A DNA stretch of 64,000 bases from a virus. Its lineage: Duplodnaviria; Caudoviricetes. The stretch is taken from IMG/VR virus record IMGVR_UViG_3300044557_000185, positions 1-64,000 of that record; one strand, 5' to 3'. Position numbers and translations under genes: made by a program. The notes beneath the pieces are model-generated. The model saw only the letters and a program-made list of their open reading frames with translations, was not told the DNA's origin and ran no database searches. Positions 60,513 to 64,000 of this stretch are shown here, piece by piece (within the stretch, counting starts at the first letter, position 1; the number at the start of each line of letters is the position of its first letter).

Positions 60513-61037
60513 CTACATCAGATTTTTGATGGCACGCATTGAATACTGTTGTGCTAGCATGTCGATTACATCTTCTTTTGTTATGCTAGACACTATGCTG
60601 CTGACTTTGCTGCGCAATGCTTTATTGTCGCTGATGTCATGTTTCAGATTCGATATGACAGCATCAGAGAAGTTGTCTAGATCGTCTTCTATTGCATTAG
60701 AATCAGCATCATGCATTATGCCATGTATGACATTCTTGTCTTCGTATAGTTTGTTCAATACGAACATTCTAGCTGCTTTGCTAATGACATTTGCTGTATT
60801 GCGTCTTTTGACTGATTCGTCTGCATAATCGAAATCGTTTTCTGAATCTATGCTCTTGAATGATTGCTTGTCATAGCTATGCACAGTTCTGATTAAGCGT
60901 TCAGATTCGCAATTGCGATACTTGATGGGATTGGAAGACCTTCTAGACTTCTTTCTCTTCTTGAATGCTTTAGCACCTATGACTATCATATCTGAATCAT
61001 CTAGCATATCGTCTCTTTCTGCATTACTGCAATTCAT
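60513..61037 (-). CDS. Hypothetical protein
   Basis: 174-aa ORF. Confidence 0.6.
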   Translation of the reverse strand: MNCSNAERDDMLDDSDMIVIGAKAFKKRKKSRRSSNPIKYRNCESERLIRTVHSYDKQSFKSIDSENDFDYADESVKRRNTANVISKAARMFVLNKLYEDKNVIHGIMHDADSNAIEDDLDNFSDAVISNLKHDISDNKALRSKVSSIVSSITKEDVIDMLAQQYSMRAIKNLM

Positions 61038-61149
61038 TTCAGATTCTCGTATTTTTTCGCAAGCATTACTGCCAAGCTAGATATTGGTTTGAAGACCAAT
61101 ATGACTATCGTAGTCTATTTGAAAAATCACTCTATTTTAGAATCAGAAA

Positions 61150-61464
61150 TCAGATGCTTTCAAGTTCTGAACGTCTTCTATCCATTACATGAAGTCTGTT
61201 ATTGATAGATTCATACAAATCGAATGTCTTCTTGTCTTTTACTGGAACATTTGGCAAAGTCATTTCTGTATAAGCATATAGAACATCTAGCTCTTTGATC
61301 AAATTAGCATTCAAGTCTTCATAATGATTAAGCAAAGCATACGAAATCTTTGAGTCAAGCTTAAGCCATTGCTCTTGATTGAATGCAAGTCTGTTCATTT
61401 TAGATTTCGTGAATAGTGAATGATATGATTCATCTGCAAATTCATTTTCATTTTCAATGCTCAT
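61150..61464 (-). CDS. Hypothetical protein
   Basis: 104-aa ORF. Confidence 0.6.
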   Translation of the reverse strand: MSIENENEFADESYHSLFTKSKMNRLAFNQEQWLKLDSKISYALLNHYEDLNANLIKELDVLYAYTEMTLPNVPVKDKKTFDLYESINNRLHVMDRRRSELESI

Positions 61465-61976
61465 GTTAGATTCTTCTTTCTATGATAAGATATTTAGATG
61501 TTGATGTGTATTCTAAGCATACTTGTCCTATTTCAGGGAAATAGCCCTGAACTGCTGTCTATAAAACAAGCTTCGGATATAGAGTATTCTATGCTGTGCA
61601 GACATTGAGGATATTGTGGTCCTCAGACTTGCATTTGCTCTGAGCATTAGATGGAACTCGTAGGCTATGCCTCTTAAGCAGACCATGAATTTCAGCATTT
61701 CTGAAGTTGCTGATCCCATCTTGCATCAGATGCAAGCACGAACAAAGATGCCAGGCTATTTCAGTACCTGCACATATGGTTGAATTGCTTCTGGATGTGA
61801 AAGCTACTGCCATCCAAAGTACTGCATGATCATCAAGCATATCGAAATCGTATGATGTCAGTAATCAACTCAATCGATATTAGCTCATGCAGCAAAAGAC
61901 CATATGCTAGACACAATGTCCATGTCTGTATTGCTCAACACAATCTTATCATAGATTGTCACCAACCTATATGAAT

Positions 61977-62005
61977 ATTATATAACACTTTTTAGCAAAT
62001 GTAAA
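61977..62005 (-). promoter_or_regulatory. Phage promoter TTTACA-17-TATAAT
   Basis: Left member of second divergent cluster. Confidence 0.85.
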
Positions 62006-62095
62006 ATAGTGGATTTACTAGTCTATATAATTATATGGATACTAAACAACGATTTCAATCTGGATAAACCTGACAACAACTGGAATGCTTCAGAT

Positions 62096-62124
62096 TTTAC
62101 TTTTATACAATTATGCTATATAAT
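62096..62124 (+). promoter_or_regulatory. Phage promoter TTTACT-17-TATAAT
   Basis: Exact spacing. Confidence 0.8.
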
Positions 62125-62350
62125 ACAACTACAAAAACAAAATCAGAAAGTAACTTCAAAAGCAAGTAATTTTGCTATACTAACTTCCACTTTTTCGCAA
62201 TAGCTTTAGATGTCAATAAAAGACGAAGTACATAGCTTCGTAGACGATTTTGCATTTAATGTATTGACGGGCAATTTCTATTATTGCACTTTTTGCATGC
62301 AGAGCAATAATTATATTTTTAAAGAATATAATTATTTGTATGCTTGTGAT

Positions 62351-62379
62351 TTTACTTTGATAAAAATATGGTATATAAT
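62351..62379 (+). promoter_or_regulatory. Phage promoter TTTACT-17-TATAAT
   Basis: Upstream of 62425. Confidence 0.85.
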
Positions 62380-62424
62380 ATAATTATAAACCAATAAAGG
62401 TTTATACAAAAAGAAGGAATCAAA

Positions 62425-62898
62425 ATGCAAGACTACGATTATTCGATGACTAAAAGCACTTATAAAGGTGTTAGCTATTATGAAGCTGAAGGTCAGACTG
62501 AAGCTTATGATCTTGGAAAGACCACTATTGACATTCTTAATGACAATAAAGATCGACTTCTTAGCAATGGTAATGAAACAGTAATCTTCAATGGTTATTC
62601 TGAATCTGGCTATTATTGCAAGAGCATTAAAATGTCAAATGCAATTGTCTATTCTCCAATTGAGAAGAATATCAAGTCTGTTCTTTATGCTAAAGACGAA
62701 TTCTTGTCAAGTGACAATTATGATTCAGAAAACGATTATGCAATGGCTCTGCAATCATATCTAATCGAACGAAAGAAGCAAATTGTAGCTCGTGGTGGAT
62801 ATGCAAAGATTGGGCTTTCATTCTATATGGAGTCTATGACATTAGACTCTGATATCGTAGATGAGATTGTGCATATGAATGATAGCCTATTGATGTGA
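62425..62898 (+). CDS. Hypothetical early protein
   Basis: AAGGA RBS and promoter. Confidence 0.8.
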   Translation: MQDYDYSMTKSTYKGVSYYEAEGQTEAYDLGKTTIDILNDNKDRLLSNGNETVIFNGYSESGYYCKSIKMSNAIVYSPIEKNIKSVLYAKDEFLSSDNYDSENDYAMALQSYLIERKKQIVARGGYAKIGLSFYMESMTLDSDIVDEIVHMNDSLLM

Positions 62899-63308
62899 TT
62901 TTAAGAAAGACAGAAAGAATTGGAAAAATGAGCGTTTCTGCTCAGCAGATACACTGGCTTGACATAGCTACAGAACTTGCTAAGCTCAGTTCATGCAAGA
63001 AGAAACACGGTGCTTTAGTCGTAAGAAGCAACAATGTTCTGTCTGTCGGAATCAACAAGATGCGAAACAATCCTGCATACATGCTAGACAGACCATCAGG
63101 CATATCTGTTCATGCTGAAGAGCAAGCTTTGAAGGCATGCAGAGGTGATGCAGGCAATTCTACTATCTACGTAGCTAGAGTCTATTCTGATGGCACAGCC
63201 ACGATGTCTAAGCCATGCAAGAGATGCCAGAAGCTGATGAAAGCAGCTAACGTAAAGAATGCAGTGTATACAGACTGGCATGGCAATGCTTGCATCATGC
63301 ATGTATGA
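62895..63308 (+). CDS. Cytidine/dCMP deaminase-family protein (start possibly 62928)
   Basis: HGALVV, HAEEQAL, PCKRC zinc motifs. Confidence 0.85.
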   Translation: MILRKTERIGKMSVSAQQIHWLDIATELAKLSSCKKKHGALVVRSNNVLSVGINKMRNNPAYMLDRPSGISVHAEEQALKACRGDAGNSTIYVARVYSDGTATMSKPCKRCQKLMKAANVKNAVYTDWHGNACIMHV

Positions 63309-63314
63309 TTTACG

Positions 63315-63394
63315 ACGTTGTTCTATGTGAACTTGAAGTATTAGGTCTATATAATTTATAATACCTATTACTGAAGTATCACACGATTAAACGT
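63315..63394 (-). repeat. 80-bp dyad element copy 10 (between convergent genes)
   Basis: ACGTTGTTCTATGTGAAC...CTATATAATTTATAATA...CACACGATTAAACGT. Confidence 0.93.
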
Positions 63395-63430
63395 CGTTAT
63401 TATGATGATATACTGAATGCAAATGTAGAA

Positions 63431-64000
63431 TCATAATCCAACTTTTCCAGTATTCGTCTCAACTGGAGAAGATATCTGCACATTTGTAGCTCCGCCATTA
63501 GTAGCGGACCAAGAATGAGTTACAGACTCTACGAATACAGTAACGCCTGCACCTTCTAGCCTGAGTCTTATGCCTGGCAGTATCTCTGGTCTGAATGTTA
63601 TCTTCAAAGTATTCGAGAAGCAAGCTGCCCATCTCTCCATGAAGATCAGCAAAGCTTTGACAGCTGTCATAGTCGAGTCTATTATGTAGTTGTCAGTAGT
63701 ATCGTATACTGAGACCCCGAATCTTTGCAATAGCTGAGATGCTGTCTTGCATCCTGTTATCGATATGTCTACAAGCTTGAGAAGACTGTCACCCTGCTTC
63801 TCCAATGATATAGTGCCATTTGATTGCAGAAGTCTTTGCACTTCATCGAATGTGCCTAGAGTTACTCCATACTGAGTGTCCATATGCTCTCTAGTAAGCA
63901 AGTAGACATGAGAAGTGTACATTGACTTGTTGAAGTCTGCAGAGTAGTCTACTATCTCGTACTGAGGTATCGATATCTCGTTGTTAAGAATGCCAGATGC
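63431..64000 (-). CDS. Partial baseplate hub-like protein (frame open to the window edge)
   Basis: No stop between 63922 and 64000; RPEILPG..VESVTHSW..T motif of gpD-like hubs. Confidence 0.6.
   Translation of the reverse strand, partial: ASGILNNEISIPQYEIVDYSADFNKSMYTSHVYLLTREHMDTQYGVTLGTFDEVQRLLQSNGTISLEKQGDSLLKLVDISITGCKTASQLLQRFGVSVYDTTDNYIIDSTMTAVKALLIFMERWAACFSNTLKITFRPEILPGIRLRLEGAGVTVFVESVTHSWSATNGGATNVQISSPVETNTGKVGL

Noticed and set aside
950-60828. Numerous plus-strand ORFs antisense to the large genes
   Set aside because: Shadow ORFs from codon bias of the minus-strand genes, with no recognisable motifs.
62008-62055. Possible eleventh dyad copy (GTCTATATAATTATAT core)
   Set aside because: Core is present but the ACGT arms at 80-bp spacing are missing; at most a degenerate relic.
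61528-62203. ORFs 61528..61719, 61589..61840 and 62009..62203
   Set aside because: Overlapping, atypical composition, weak RBS; the last spans promoter DNA.
1590-63394. Dyad repeats as a CRISPR or TIGR array, or integron attC sites
   Set aside because: Copies are kilobases apart, in both orientations, and separate multi-gene blocks; there are no cas, tas or integrase genes in the window and no consistent RYYYAAC/GTTRRRY ends.
1-64000. tRNA/rRNA genes and stop-codon recoding
   Set aside because: No cloverleaf or T-loop signatures noticed; coding density is high under the standard code and TAA, TAG and TGA all end real genes.

Overview
This is 64 kb of a large, AT-rich (roughly 40% GC by eye) contractile-tailed dsDNA phage, coded almost entirely on the minus strand. 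The replication/nucleotide block has a 5'-3' exonuclease, DnaE, an NMP kinase, two GT25-like glycosyltransferases, an SNF2 helicase, a ThyX variant and an NAD ligase. Virion genes (portal, protease, scaffold, capsid, sheath, tube, baseplate, many fibres/depolymerases) and the GH25 endolysin and holin sit in an unusually scattered order. There are also two free-standing homing endonucleases and a lone TnpB. The lysin, holin and head genes resemble those of Actinomycetota (probably Bifidobacteriaceae) phages; this host is inferred from recall. The main unexplained structure is a dispersed family of nine full and one half dyad-symmetric elements. In eight full copies the span between the outer ACGT-like motifs is exactly 80 bp (79 bp in the ninth), with a TATATAATTATATA-like core on the dyad axis and an asymmetric ~38-bp extension. 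They sit at gene or module boundaries every 1.5-13 kb. A perfect 36-bp inverted pair of these arms brackets the TnpB gene, whose predicted guide lies in the element's extension. Other notable items are two apparent captures of small-podovirus receptor-binding modules with decaying lysin remnants, a 0.5-kb alternating purine-pyrimidine tract between divergent promoters, and two promoter-driven ~480-nt non-coding regions.
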